Shown: positions 44,090 to 54,798, numbered from the stretch's first letter. The stretch: 64,000 nt of DNA from an uncultured Nitrososphaeraceae archaeon (GCA_963765895.1 CAVXZB010000024.1:96001-160000); one strand, 5' to 3'. Notes: a model not told the origin generated them from the letters alone. Numbers and translations are program-made.

Positions 44090-44223
44090 TGGAGGGGATG
44101 GGATTCGAACCCATGAACCCCTGAAGGACGGGATTACTCATATGGATCTATCTACGCATGCGTTTTACGTTACGTATCTTGATCTTGAGTCCTGCGCGTT
44201 TGACCGGGCTTCGCTACCCCTCC
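44090..44223 (-). tRNA. tRNA-Leu(CAA) with a 49-nt canonical intron
   Basis: Acceptor GGAGGGG/CCCCTCC+A, CT-CAA-G anticodon loop, intron 44135-44183 with CTCA/TGAG BHB helix, long variable arm, GTTCGAAT. Confidence 0.92.
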
Positions 44224-44408
44224 ACCTGATGATTCCACTAAGTTTCCTTATTTCTTGTTTACTATTCGTGTTCGTGTAATTGATCACCGACGAAGTATAG
44301 AACTAGGCAAATTTGGAAGGCTAGATGATTATGGTAGACATAGTTGAATAAATATAACCTGACTCTCCAGAACCTTTATTATTGCAGTGTAACGATCTCA
44401 AATAAATA

Positions 44409-44696
44409 ATGAAGATTACCGAGTTAAAACCAGGAATGCGAGGAGTGAACATAGAAGGACGAATAGAGAGCATAACTGAGCCAAGGACTGTAAATTTGAG
44501 AACGGGCGGAACTGCACAGGTTGCTGACGCTATGGTTTCTGATGAAACTGGTAGTATAAAACTATCTCTATGGGACGATCAAATCAATTTGGTAAAAGAT
44601 GGAGACAACGTTACTATTGAGAATGGATATACCCAGTCATTTCGTGGAGAGAACAGCCTTAATATAGGAAGATACGGAAAACTGAAGAGACTGTAG
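44409..44696 (+). CDS. ssb: Single-stranded DNA-binding protein (single OB fold)
   Basis: MKITELKPGM...VADAMVSDETGSIKLSLWDDQ...IENGY..LNIGRYG. Confidence 0.92.
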   Translation: MKITELKPGMRGVNIEGRIESITEPRTVNLRTGGTAQVADAMVSDETGSIKLSLWDDQINLVKDGDNVTIENGYTQSFRGENSLNIGRYGKLKRL

Positions 44697-44799
44697 AATT
44701 CTAGTTTTTGTTACCTATGGTGCATAGATAAGCATCTTCCATAGGCTTCGTTTAGAACTACAAAACAGTACTGAATAAATTACTAGCCTACTCACATTG

Positions 44800-45621
44800 T
44801 TAACTAATATATCCCATGTCTGATGGTCTGCTTTGAACCACTGATGGTTGGTCGTCTTGTTGTCTTAGACTGCTGGTCATCTGCTGCTCTATTGTCTTTA
44901 TCAACATTTCTGTGTCCTTCGCTCTTCTCTCAATATTAGTCATATCTATTTTTAAATGCAAGATTGTTACAAGCGTTTCCAGAATTGACTTTGATGCCTT
45001 AGCGTCGATTACAAATCCGGACGTTTCGGCTAGCAAGCACGTCCCTCTCATTCCTCTACGTTTTGCGATCCCGACAACGATTCCGTTCATACCAGTTATA
45101 CTCCCACCTTCCATAGTATTGACGTGTTGTTCATGGAGGCCTTGTACTGCATCAAGATCGCCTGCAGTTCCAAATATGCGTGGAGTACTTACAAATGAAC
45201 CCGTAATGTATGCAGCCAATGTGAATATTTGGCCTGTGCTGAATCTCGTTGCAATATCTAGAATTTCCTCGGCGAGAAAATATTCAGAGTCAGGATTTGA
45301 TGGCTGGGAGTCTCCACTAAGCAGAAGTAGGCCAGATCCATAGTGAGTAGGCACGTTTGAATAGAATAGGTAATTTTTTAAAAGATCCGCAGTACCGTCC
45401 GATTTTATTAATAATTGGGCAGGAAAGGAAGTAGAGTAAATGTCTGCGAGATGAGTCGCATTAAGTTCATGTATTAAATGGTCCACAGCTAATTTGCCTA
45501 CATAACCACTTCCTGGAAAACCGCAAATTAGCACTGGGTTAGACGTATCTGGAACATTTTGTGTAGAATAAACGACGTTAATTTCGGGATGATTGGACCT
45601 CACGTACAGTGTGATAGTCAT
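44800..45621 (-). CDS. Proteasome assembly chaperone (PAC2) family protein
   Basis: GFPGSGYVGKLAVDHL, GDSQP, ITGMNG, CLLAETSG...DAKAS. Confidence 0.9.
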   Translation of the reverse strand: MTITLYVRSNHPEINVVYSTQNVPDTSNPVLICGFPGSGYVGKLAVDHLIHELNATHLADIYSTSFPAQLLIKSDGTADLLKNYLFYSNVPTHYGSGLLLLSGDSQPSNPDSEYFLAEEILDIATRFSTGQIFTLAAYITGSFVSTPRIFGTAGDLDAVQGLHEQHVNTMEGGSITGMNGIVVGIAKRRGMRGTCLLAETSGFVIDAKASKSILETLVTILHLKIDMTNIERRAKDTEMLIKTIEQQMTSSLRQQDDQPSVVQSRPSDMGYIS

Positions 45622-45840
45622 TTAGATTATAAACTGTTTGCGCAGTACTTTTGATTGTTGTCTCTGCTAAAGTCTGCTTGAGTGGAGCAAGCAAAGAGGT
45701 GTGTGAACGTGATATAGATAACCCAAATTCAACTATTGTGGCAAATTAAGCCATTACGGAATAATGAGACAGTTTGGCAGCTCAAATCACTATGAGTTAC
45801 TAGGAGAGGGATTACATATTCATCTATTCACATTTACATG

Positions 45841-45969
45841 TCATGAATTTGTTGTCTCTCCAACTTTTAATTCAGCGGATTTCCTTTTCACTCTAGATCC
45901 AAACAAGATAGCCGTGAAGACCACAAAAACACCGCAAGTCAATGCGAACATAAATATTTCGTCAGCCAT
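45841..45969 (-). CDS. Candidate single-TM small protein (42 aa)
   Basis: Hand translation MADEIFMFALTCGVFVVFTAILFGSRVKRKSAELKVGETTNS*; TM followed by a basic patch; TTTAAA box ~25-30 nt upstream. Confidence 0.5.
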   Translation of the reverse strand: MADEIFMFALTCGVFVVFTAILFGSRVKRKSAELKVGETTNS

Positions 45970-46255
45970 GTCACGGTGTATATACTGCCACCTTTTTTAA
46001 AGGTATTGGAACACTGCATCTTGGTAACATGGGTCAGTATAATACAAGAGCCGATGACCAGACTGAATTTGGTCGGAACGGATTCGATTTGGATCGATGT
46101 TAGAGCATATTTGGATCATAACAGTCTCCGGATCGAGACGGTCAACCAATTGAACTCGATAAAACGATCAGTTGCTTTAGCTATACCTCGGCAATTGATC
46201 GAAGGCCTGATGCTTAGTATTAATAGTAAGGAGATCTGATCTAACCTAGGAAGAA

Positions 46256-46555
46256 TTGCCGTTAAGGTCAACAGGTTGGACTAATAGGGGATGGTTGGAA
46301 ATTGTTGAATTCATACTCTCTATGTGCATAGATGGGTCCCGAAAAACGCATGTCATGTATCGATGTAATCTCAATTCGAAACAAATCAATGAGTATTTGG
46401 ATTTCCTGTACCAGTGTTCAATGCTTGAAAAAACCCCCGAGCATCCCAATTCCAAGAGATATATATACAAAACTAGTAAACTGGGAAAGGAAGCTATTGA
46501 TAGTTATCATAAGTTGGTGAGCCTATTTAAAAAAGATCCGACCTTTCTATCATGA
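46256..46555 (+). CDS. Winged-helix transcriptional regulator (HTH_45-like)
   Basis: RGWLEIV..IL...RKTHVMYRCNLN...YL..L...YKTSKLG. Confidence 0.88.
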   Translation: MPLRSTGWTNRGWLEIVEFILSMCIDGSRKTHVMYRCNLNSKQINEYLDFLYQCSMLEKTPEHPNSKRYIYKTSKLGKEAIDSYHKLVSLFKKDPTFLS

Positions 46556-46584
46556 TTGATTGAAATTCACTATTTGGAGCGTTT

Positions 46585-46947
46585 ATGATGATTCTATCTG
46601 ATAGTTCCACTCATGTTATATTGAATGTAAGTTTAGTTGAATTGTCTGAGATGAAAAATCGTAGTCGTTACGAGGTAATAGCCGCTATTCTGAAGTCTGC
46701 AAACAAAGAAGAGACAAGGACCAAGATAATGTACAAAGCCATGCTGAGCAATGATCAGTGCAAGGTTTATCTAGAATCTCTCCTTCAAAGCGGCCTAATT
46801 CAAGAAGTGGACAACGGAGCCAAGATAGTGTATCGAACTACAAGCAAAGGAGATAAATTTTTGTCTTATTATGATCAAATGAAGGAGCTGTTACCCGTTG
46901 GGATTGAAGATAACCTCACTGAGGAATATTATCGTCTGAGTGTCTAA
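46585..46947 (+). CDS. Winged-helix transcriptional regulator (HTH_45-like); true start probably 46651
   Basis: MKNRSRYEVIAAIL...TKIMYKAMLS...YRTTSKGDKFL. Confidence 0.88.
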   Translation: MMILSDSSTHVILNVSLVELSEMKNRSRYEVIAAILKSANKEETRTKIMYKAMLSNDQCKVYLESLLQSGLIQEVDNGAKIVYRTTSKGDKFLSYYDQMKELLPVGIEDNLTEEYYRLSV

Positions 46948-46952
46948 GGTTA

Positions 46953-48443
46953 TTACACTAGACAATCTAATGTAATCGTAGGAACTCCCAGTGACCTGCG
47001 TACAGAAAGGGCATGGGAGTGGCCATCTGGGATAATTGATTCTAAGAGAAGAGTATTGTGTAATAGATTAAGTCTCAGAAGCATATCCACATTGCGTACT
47101 AATTCTTTATACCTTACCGGTTTAATAGAAACCAATATGGAAAGATTAACATTAAATCTGAGAAACGGTATTATTTTTGAAAACAGGGAATCTCCATCTG
47201 ATCTATTATCGAAGTCATCCAACATTAGCATGCTCATCAAAATCTTGTTCTTACGCTGACTTTGTACCTTAGACACCACTTCTTTGAGTCTCTTAAATCT
47301 TTCAGAGGATGTATCCTGAGTACCATATTCATCAATAAATTCCGATATTTCAGTGTCATTTCTTGAGTAGTGTAGCAACCTGAGGTTTCTTCCAAGTTTC
47401 CGACTCAAATAGGGCTGGAGGAAATCTAAGAAAAGCCGCGGTTCAATGCCAGGCACGGGCTGCGCTATAATGTTACTATCGTTACTAATGAACTGAGCAG
47501 TTATTTTAGCCAAAAATGATGCACACACATTAGGAGTAATAACTCGGTCTACTTCAAGGAGCACTATTTTGTTCTCCTGAACTTCAGGAGAAAATTCGAT
47601 GCTTAGGCTTTCACAAATTATTCTGGCGAATTTTTTCACATTGTTTGAGTTCGAGGGTAGGTCTAATGACGATGATGCCTTGTGTTCACTTCGATCTCTC
47701 TTCGAAAAAGAATTGATTCTTCTGTTGGTGATAAGAAATTCAGAGGGATCATAATGGTTATAGCTTTTGAATATGCCATTATTAAGTGTGAATATATATG
47801 AAGATCGATTTATCTTGGTACCCCGCAGTTTAGCGAGAAATATTTGTCTAATATCAGCGTTTCTATAGACTTTTTGCTTGAGCTCTACTATCCCGTCGAC
47901 TAGAAAATCAAGTGTATTATCTTCAGAGTCTTCACTTGTGAAGATCAACTTTGCTCCGGCCCTCTCACGCCATGTTTGCAAAACTCTTTCGTTATTCAGC
48001 CGAGCCTCAGTATCCATGAATGAGGCTATTGCGTCCCAGCTATCGATAATTATAATTGGAGCTTTAACATCCATTAATTGATTCGTAATCCGTTCGAATA
48101 GTGATTCGGGCTCGTCAAGACGTGCATCCTCAAAACTTGAAAGACTGGATCGCTGGTTTGACGGATCATTTACTTCTATATTTTCTCGAACGACAAACTT
48201 TTCCAGCCAAGGATAATTTACAAAAAGTTGTCTCGGTGAGAGCCTGGTAGATATATAAAAGAAATTGCTTCTGATCTCTAGTGCCCTCAAAATCGTTAGA
48301 GATAATGTAGTTTTGCCAGTCCCGGAATTGCCCTTGACTAGCAGCGAGTAGGTATCACGTTTAACAAATTGCATCAGTTCTGGTGGTATCTGCATCAGAT
48401 TATCATCAACCTTTGAGAAACTTGCCATTTTTATATTATCCAT
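46953..48443 (-). CDS. GvpD-like RecA/KaiC-type P-loop ATPase
   Basis: SLLVKGNSGTGKTT Walker A, IIIDSWD Walker B, LDFLVDGIVEL, KLRG; degenerate second domain. Confidence 0.85.
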   Translation of the reverse strand: MDNIKMASFSKVDDNLMQIPPELMQFVKRDTYSLLVKGNSGTGKTTLSLTILRALEIRSNFFYISTRLSPRQLFVNYPWLEKFVVRENIEVNDPSNQRSSLSSFEDARLDEPESLFERITNQLMDVKAPIIIIDSWDAIASFMDTEARLNNERVLQTWRERAGAKLIFTSEDSEDNTLDFLVDGIVELKQKVYRNADIRQIFLAKLRGTKINRSSYIFTLNNGIFKSYNHYDPSEFLITNRRINSFSKRDRSEHKASSSLDLPSNSNNVKKFARIICESLSIEFSPEVQENKIVLLEVDRVITPNVCASFLAKITAQFISNDSNIIAQPVPGIEPRLFLDFLQPYLSRKLGRNLRLLHYSRNDTEISEFIDEYGTQDTSSERFKRLKEVVSKVQSQRKNKILMSMLMLDDFDNRSDGDSLFSKIIPFLRFNVNLSILVSIKPVRYKELVRNVDMLLRLNLLHNTLLLESIIPDGHSHALSVRRSLGVPTITLDCLV

Positions 48444-48559
48444 GTGTCTCGACTATAACTATCGTAATGAATTCTCTATAATATCATCTAATAGTCGCAT
48501 CGAATGCGTTTCACATACAAATTCACAATTAATGTTTTCGATCGGCATGCCGGCTAACC

Positions 48560-49633
48560 TTACGACCATGGATTTATTCCCTTTTGATATCTGGAAGCAT
48601 CAATTAGTCCCTCTGCATATCCTATACTCAATACGGCAAGTTCTAACTTTCCCTGTCCCAAGAATCGTTCAGCGTCATAGATATAGTGCTCGGCATTATC
48701 AAGGGACTCTAGGATCCCTTTGTTACTAAGGGAATCGTTTTCTTTCTCAATGATACATTTTAAATTTCTAAGCGCCAGCTTCGCTTTCGGAGCGTAACGT
48801 TCGATCATCTTGACTGAGAGTCGATGCACATTCAAAGTGTTATCCAATGGACCGTCTAGGTTATGGGTTAGATTAACGATGGCATCCTCTTCGCTAAAAT
48901 GTAACGGTCCAGTAACAACCATAGAATGCGGTCCCGAGCCAAAGTCCAATTCCATTAGGGATCGAATTTTTCCCGAAACTATATTATTATCTTCAGTTCC
49001 TATTCTAGAAGCAATAATAGCGAAAGTATCCTGGTTCAGAATTCCATATTTTAAATCATCTTCAACTCCCAATAGCATTTTTAATGCTTCTTTTGGGTCA
49101 AGAAAGGGCGGTTTGACAGAATCATTAACCGTATATTCGGTTAAAATTAATGTGTGATTACCTGCCAATAAGTTGTCATGGATAGTATTGTAAACGCTAA
49201 TGCTGGATTGTGGCTCGGACATCATCGTCACACTTCTGCCACATTTATAAAAGTGCAAACCTGCTTCTCCTATCACAGAGGTTAAACCGGAAGCTGCATG
49301 AATCACTCTCACGTCAATGGAGCTCCTCTTGGCTCTAACGTATAGTTCTGAATGGGTGGTGGCGATAAGGGGATCTCCATACGATAATAACGCTACTCTT
49401 TTTTTTCTTGCTTCTTCTAGAATTAGTCTGCCATCTTCCACGACCCATCTCTTAACTACAATTATTTCTATTGTGTCGTCATCTATTAACGCTCGTAAGT
49501 TTGTCAGATCACGATCCGAGATTTCACTTGTGAATCTCTCTACACATATTTTTTTACAGCTCTTCAATATATCTATCGCATGAACGCTAAGTCCTTGGTA
49601 CCCATTAATTCCCAATCCAACAAACCAAAGCAT
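48560..49633 (-). CDS. dph5: Diphthine synthase with C-terminal DUF357-like domain
   Basis: MLWFVGLG, GDPLIATTH, HAAS..GLHFYK.GR, C-terminal YIYDAERFL..LAVLSIGYAEGLIDA. Confidence 0.93.
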   Translation of the reverse strand: MLWFVGLGINGYQGLSVHAIDILKSCKKICVERFTSEISDRDLTNLRALIDDDTIEIIVVKRWVVEDGRLILEEARKKRVALLSYGDPLIATTHSELYVRAKRSSIDVRVIHAASGLTSVIGEAGLHFYKCGRSVTMMSEPQSSISVYNTIHDNLLAGNHTLILTEYTVNDSVKPPFLDPKEALKMLLGVEDDLKYGILNQDTFAIIASRIGTEDNNIVSGKIRSLMELDFGSGPHSMVVTGPLHFSEEDAIVNLTHNLDGPLDNTLNVHRLSVKMIERYAPKAKLALRNLKCIIEKENDSLSNKGILESLDNAEHYIYDAERFLGQGKLELAVLSIGYAEGLIDASRYQKGINPWS

Positions 49634-49679
49634 AATAATGACACGAACGAACTAGAATTAAATCTTGTTTGAGTAGATA

Positions 49680-50798
49680 TTATGAGACACTCTTGCGTGC
49701 ATGTAGTCTTGAGATATGAAAAAGAGCCCTTGAGAAAATGTCTATGCTGGTGAGATATTCTTCTAGGTTTACTCGTTCATCGACCGTGTGAGATGCATGA
49801 GGTTCACCAGGACCGTATGTCACTACAGGTATCTTGAAGGCGTTACCCAAAATATTCATATCTCCAGTCCCAGTTTTCCGCAGAAGGGTTGGTCGAATCT
49901 TTCTTACATCAATGATCGATAAGGACATAGCCCTAACTAAGGTTGAGGTATAACTTGCTTCAAAAGGTTCGGTTTGGTCCTGGATTCTATAGGTAGCTCT
50001 CACTCCCTTTTTAGTTGCAACATTAGTTATAATCTCGTCAATAACTGATAATACATATTGAGATTTGATGGTTACCGGAATACGAATGTCAAGAGTTATA
50101 CTAGATTTCCGCGGAGTAACGTTATGACTTGATCCGCCGACTATTTCAGTCAAACTACAGCTTATAGTTTTAGTTTTGTTTTCATCAGCACTAATTCTCG
50201 CCACTTCGGACTTTATCTCTGTCCAGAAATCATAGATTTCCTCAATCGAGTTTTTAGATAGCCAAGGTGCGCTAGCATGTGCGCTGTTACCGACATCGCA
50301 TGTCAATCTAATAGATACTCTACCTTTATAGGCAATTGTAATATTATGTATGCCGCTTGGTTCACCGAAGATAGCATAGTCAAGCGGTAATCTGGACGCA
50401 ACAAGGTTTTTCACTCCTGTGGCGTTTCCTTCTTCATCTACAACACCCACAAATGAGATCGTGCCTTTCTGTTTTGGAAATTCGGAAGCCGCGAGAAGCA
50501 TAGAAATCAACGCCGCTTTAGCATCCGATGCTCCTCGTCCATACAAATAGCCGTCGTCGATCCTTACAGGAATTCGTCCAGGGACTGTGTCCATATGACC
50601 ACAAAGCAAGATTTTAGGATCTCCAGTACCCCTAGTTGCTAAGATATTTCCTACGCTATCAATATAGGTCTGCTCAAATCCTAATTCTTCGCTGCATCTT
50701 GTCTTTAGCATGTTAGCCAGCGCTGCTTCCGATCTGGACGGCGTATACAATTCTAGGGCCATCTTTAGTAATTCTATGGCATAATTTATCGAAACCAA
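49680..50798 (-). CDS. lysK: [LysW]-lysine/ornithine hydrolase (M20 family)
   Basis: GHMDTVPG, GRGASDAK, DEE, GEPS, GTGDMN, YGPG..SHT; operon context. Confidence 0.93.
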   Translation of the reverse strand: MVSINYAIELLKMALELYTPSRSEAALANMLKTRCSEELGFEQTYIDSVGNILATRGTGDPKILLCGHMDTVPGRIPVRIDDGYLYGRGASDAKAALISMLLAASEFPKQKGTISFVGVVDEEGNATGVKNLVASRLPLDYAIFGEPSGIHNITIAYKGRVSIRLTCDVGNSAHASAPWLSKNSIEEIYDFWTEIKSEVARISADENKTKTISCSLTEIVGGSSHNVTPRKSSITLDIRIPVTIKSQYVLSVIDEIITNVATKKGVRATYRIQDQTEPFEASYTSTLVRAMSLSIIDVRKIRPTLLRKTGTGDMNILGNAFKIPVVTYGPGEPHASHTVDERVNLEEYLTSIDIFSRALFHISRLHARKSVS

Positions 50799-50811
50799 TT
50801 TTTTAGTGGTT

Positions 50812-51681
50812 CTAATTTCCTGCTTTGTGGACGAATTCTACTATTTGTCCCGGAATATCCACCCCGGTCACCTTGACGGTATTTTTAAACTCAGTCGTAT
50901 TATTCACCTCGTGAACTACGAGTCCCTCCTTCTTGCTCTCCATTAAATCGACACCGACAATTTTGCCATTGACTGCTCTGCTAGCTTCTAGGCATACATC
51001 TTCTAGCTCCTTGGTAACGGGACAATTTTCGGCACGAGCACCTAAGGCCATATTTGTTTTCCACTCTCCAATCGCCGAGTATCGATAGATGGCGGCTACC
51101 ACCCTTTCGCCAACAATTATAGCCCTTATATCTCTGGGAGGCCGATCAACAAATTCTTCAAAATAATATACCTGATACAAGGGAAACATATGCTCCCTAT
51201 GCTCGATTACGCCCTTTGCTGCCTCTTTATCATTCAATACAGCAATTAGCCTGCCCCAACTACCAATCGTTGGCTTTATTATGGCAGGGTATCCCAACTC
51301 ATCGAGCGCTGCAATAGCTGATGATTCCGAGAACGCAGTAATCGCCTTTGGCGTCCTTACACCAGCTTTCCGAAGCATCATATGCGTGTACAGTTTGTTG
51401 CCGCATACTGAATTTGTAATTAACGGATTAAACACATTTGCCCCCAGACCTTCTAACGCGGCTGTAGAATGAATATTCTTAAAGTAACTTACACATCGCT
51501 GGATGATTGTAAAACCCTTATATTGAAACTCTTTATTCAAATCTACAAAGAGGCTTTTGCAATCGATATTGACGGGGTCAAATCCGCGCTTCTTTGCTGC
51601 TTCATATAATGCCTTTTCTTCCCACCTAATTTGGTCATAGAGAATTGCGAAATGAAGAGAAGATTTAACTTCGTCCGTCAC
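50812..51681 (-). CDS. lysX: LysW-amino acid ligase (ATP-grasp, RimK-like)
   Basis: QRCVSYF, KPTIGSWGRL, RDIR, WKTNMALG, HEVNNTTEFK; GTG start overlaps the lysW stop. Confidence 0.93.
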   Translation of the reverse strand: MTDEVKSSLHFAILYDQIRWEEKALYEAAKKRGFDPVNIDCKSLFVDLNKEFQYKGFTIIQRCVSYFKNIHSTAALEGLGANVFNPLITNSVCGNKLYTHMMLRKAGVRTPKAITAFSESSAIAALDELGYPAIIKPTIGSWGRLIAVLNDKEAAKGVIEHREHMFPLYQVYYFEEFVDRPPRDIRAIIVGERVVAAIYRYSAIGEWKTNMALGARAENCPVTKELEDVCLEASRAVNGKIVGVDLMESKKEGLVVHEVNNTTEFKNTVKVTGVDIPGQIVEFVHKAGN

Positions 51682-51845
51682 TGGCCCCAATCCTCACCGA
51701 CTGTCTGGGCCGGCTTAAGGCGGAATTCCGTTCCTTCTTTTACTAATTCATAACTTGCCCCACAATCTTGACAAGTTACTATTTCTCCCTCTATCGAATC
51801 TGAAGGAGGCTTAATTTCAGCATCGCATTCTGGACACTTCACCAT
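51678..51845 (-). CDS. lysW: Amino-group carrier protein LysW, second copy (55 aa)
   Basis: Hand translation MVKCPECDAEIKPPSDSIEGEIVTCQDCGASYELVKEGTEFRLKPAQTVGEDWGQ*; not in the ORF track. Confidence 0.93.
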   Translation of the reverse strand: MVKCPECDAEIKPPSDSIEGEIVTCQDCGASYELVKEGTEFRLKPAQTVGEDWGQ

Positions 51846-51855
51846 TTTTAATCAC

Positions 51856-53080
51856 TTACTCCTTTGCCTTTAGATTTGGATATACATTATTAAGTATCTT
51901 TCTTTCCAGCCGATCGTCCAAGTATAGCTCCAATATATCACCCATTCTAAGATCCTTAAGTCCTCGGGCCAATTTTTCGGCTTCATGATTGCTTGTTTCT
52001 AATCCAAGTAAAGACAAAAGATAAGCTCGCTCCATTTTTGCCTGCAAGCTCGCCAAATACTATTTTTCGCCTATTCCCAACTATTCTCGGCTCGATAATC
52101 TCGTATGCAGAGGGATCTCGTAATATCGCAGCGAGATGAGTACCCGCCTTATGCTTATATGCGCTATCTCCCACAATTGGTTTCGACTCAGGAACCTCCA
52201 ATCCTGTATAAAGCGAAATAGTCTTTGACAGATCCTTCAACATGTGTAATCTGAGGTCATTGTTAGATTTGTAAATTAGCATCAAAGCTACTGCAGTCTC
52301 AGCCAGCGACGGAATGCCTGTTCGCTCTCCTAATCCATCTATTGTAGTATGTATTTGATTTGCTCCTGCATCACAGCCCGCCAGTGCATTTGCCAATGCA
52401 AGTCCCAAATCATTGTGACAGTGAACGTCTAGCAAGCTAGTCGACGTGTCAATGCTTTGGTAAACACGACTAACAAGATTATACATGCCCTTTGGTCTCA
52501 TTATGCCAACAGTATCCGGAATGCTTATCCTTTCTATTTTTCGATTGTTCATTTCCTTGCACATATCAATAAGAAATGAAGGATCCGTTCGACTGGCGTC
52601 CTCCATTGTGAAACGAGCCTTTAAACCATGTGATTTTATGTAGTCTGCAACATCTAAAGCCCTATTTTTTGCTTCTTCCCTTGATATTTTTAATTTCGAG
52701 GACAAATGAATATCGGAAATCCCCATGTACGTAGCTACCCATTGGGCATCGCAACTGAGTGCAACGTCAATATCAGATTTCATTGCCCTCACATGGGCTA
52801 AGATATCTGCCTTCAGTCCTTGCTTTATGATTGTCTTTGTAGAAATAAAATGATCAGGTGAAACGACCGGGCTTATCTCAATCTGATTGACACCAAAGGA
52901 ATCAAGCATCCATGCAATTTGAATTCGCTGTTTTGTAGTAAATGAAACACCGGGATGTTGTTCGCCTTCCCTAAGCGTTGAGTCTAGTATTTGAATATTG
53001 TCAAGTTCCTTATCTGATTCATTATAGATATACGCATAATGGTTCGGATCTGACGGTTTTAGTGACATTTTCTTATCCAT
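51856..53080 (-). CDS. Homocitrate synthase (LeuA/DRE-TIM family); frameshift near 52027
   Basis: DSTLREGEQ, HCHNDLG, GLGERTG, HKAGTH; C-terminus (AYLLSLLG...) continues in ORF 51856-52056. Confidence 0.88.
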
Positions 53081-53201
53081 TAGACTTATTTTCGTATAAA
53101 TATAAACCTTATCGCAATATGGAACAATCGATGATTTCTAGCATAAGATAGAATCTGATACAATAGATATTCTTACCACTTTTAACCTACTAACGCCTAT
53201 A

Positions 53202-53627
53202 CTAGCGAATGGTTCTTAGGACTATAACGGTATTAGTATCGGCTACTCCTTCAGTCCTACGAACGTCATCGATACATCGATTAATTTCGGCGATCGAAGT
53301 GGATGAAATTATAGCTGCTATGTCATACTGGCCAGTAATTTCGTAGATAGTTTGGACGCCCGTTAGTTTCATCAAATTGGCTGAAACTGTAGAGGTGTCA
53401 GATGTTGAACTGACTGAAATTAGAGTTATTGCACTTGTCTTGTCAGCACTCTGTGTTGCAATGGTAAACTTCGTTATAATTCCACTTTGTGTCAAATTCT
53501 TTACTCGTCTTCGAACAGCCGACTCTGAATAGCCGATTTCGTTTGCAATGTCTACAAAGGACTTTCTCGCATCCTCTTGAAGGATCTTGATTATCTTCTC
53601 ATCTATAGAATCCTGCTTATTTGACAT
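53202..53627 (-). CDS. lysM: Lrp/AsnC family regulator LysM
   Basis: DEKIIKILQEDARKSFVDIA...SESAVRRRV; YEITGQYDI; inside the lys operon. Confidence 0.9.
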   Translation of the reverse strand: MSNKQDSIDEKIIKILQEDARKSFVDIANEIGYSESAVRRRVKNLTQSGIITKFTIATQSADKTSAITLISVSSTSDTSTVSANLMKLTGVQTIYEITGQYDIAAIISSTSIAEINRCIDDVRRTEGVADTNTVIVLRTIR

Positions 53628-54798
53628 TTTTTCTTTCCTCTTCCTTGGTGAGTAATTTATCTATCTTTTCCAGTGCAGATGAGACCATAGATTCATCTAT
53701 CACTAGCGGTGGCAACAACCTAATAATATTTCTTCCAGAGTAAAGCATTAGTATCCCATTTTTTATGCCATCAAGCAATAGATCTCTGACGTCAAACCGG
53801 AGTTCTATCGCAATCATCAGTCCTAATCCTCTTATTTCCCTAACTATTTTGTGCTTATCCTTCAAGCCATGTAGTCCATCCTTAAAGTACTTGCCTATTT
53901 TGGCTGCGTTATCTACTAGTCTGTCTTCAACTAACGCATCTAGAGCCGCCGAAGCTGCGGTACACGCTACAGGATTGCCAGCAAATGTAGAAGAGTGTTC
54001 CCCTATCTTCATAGAATCAATTATTTCTGGCTTGGTTAGAGTGAGAGCCATCGGTATACCACCACCAATTCCCTTAGCTAGACACATGATATCTGGAATG
54101 GTCTTCCAGTGTTCTCCGGCCCACATTTTGCCAGTTCTTCCCAGTCCAGATTGGATTTCATCATAAATTAGAACTATTTTTCGACTCGTACAGAATTCCC
54201 GAATTCTTTGTAATAATCCATCCGGCGGGATTATGATACCTGTCTCACCTTGAATCGGTTCTAATATTACTGTCCCGATCGAGTCGTTTATTTCCTCACC
54301 CAACCTTGCTAGATCATTGTAAGGAACGAATTTTACCAGATCCAAAAGCGGCATAAATGGCTTACGGTACTTTTCGTTGTATGTAACGGAAAGTGCGCCT
54401 AGAGTTTTGCCGTGGTAGCCACCTGCCATTGCAATTATTCCGGCCTTTCCAGTATATTTTCGAGCGAATTTTAGGGCTGCCTCAACTGATTCAGCACCGC
54501 TATTGCTAAAGGCTACTTTCGAGAGCCCAGCAGGGGAGATCTTTGCTAATTTTTCCAAAAACTCCAATCGAGTATCGTTATAGGCCGACATATGACAAAC
54601 GATGAGCTTTTCAACTTGGCTCTTAATTGCTCGAACTACTCTATCGTTACAATGCCCTACTAGGGCTACACCGTACCCGGCCATACAATCGATATATTCT
54701 CTCCCTTCATCGTCCCAGACTTTGGCGCCCTTTCCACGTGATATGTTTATGGGAAATCTTTGATACAGATTTCCCATAAATCGATCTTCAGAATTCAT
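53617..54798 (-). CDS. lysJ: [LysW]-aminoadipate/glutamate semialdehyde aminotransferase
   Basis: NSGAESVEAA, EPIQGE, DEIQSGLGRTG, AKGIGGG; ATG at 54798 overlaps the lysZ stop. Confidence 0.93.
   Translation of the reverse strand: MNSEDRFMGNLYQRFPINISRGKGAKVWDDEGREYIDCMAGYGVALVGHCNDRVVRAIKSQVEKLIVCHMSAYNDTRLEFLEKLAKISPAGLSKVAFSNSGAESVEAALKFARKYTGKAGIIAMAGGYHGKTLGALSVTYNEKYRKPFMPLLDLVKFVPYNDLARLGEEINDSIGTVILEPIQGETGIIIPPDGLLQRIREFCTSRKIVLIYDEIQSGLGRTGKMWAGEHWKTIPDIMCLAKGIGGGIPMALTLTKPEIIDSMKIGEHSSTFAGNPVACTAASAALDALVEDRLVDNAAKIGKYFKDGLHGLKDKHKIVREIRGLGLMIAIELRFDVRDLLLDGIKNGILMLYSGRNIIRLLPPLVIDESMVSSALEKIDKLLTKEEERKNVK

Noticed and set aside
44049-44279. 76-aa ORF on the + strand
   Set aside because: Antisense shadow of the tRNA-Leu gene
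45650-45705. Possible H/ACA sRNA (minus-strand hairpin followed by ACA)
   Set aside because: No K-turn/K-loop and no proper two-sided pseudouridylation pocket
46953-48443. Gas vesicle system
   Set aside because: Only a GvpD-like ATPase is present; no gvpA or other structural genes in the window
51983-52056. Programmed frameshift in homocitrate synthase (and in the regulator at ~60550)
   Set aside because: No convincing slippery heptamer or stimulator; similar single-base indels occur in many unrelated genes in the window, so assembly error is simpler. Read mapping would settle it.
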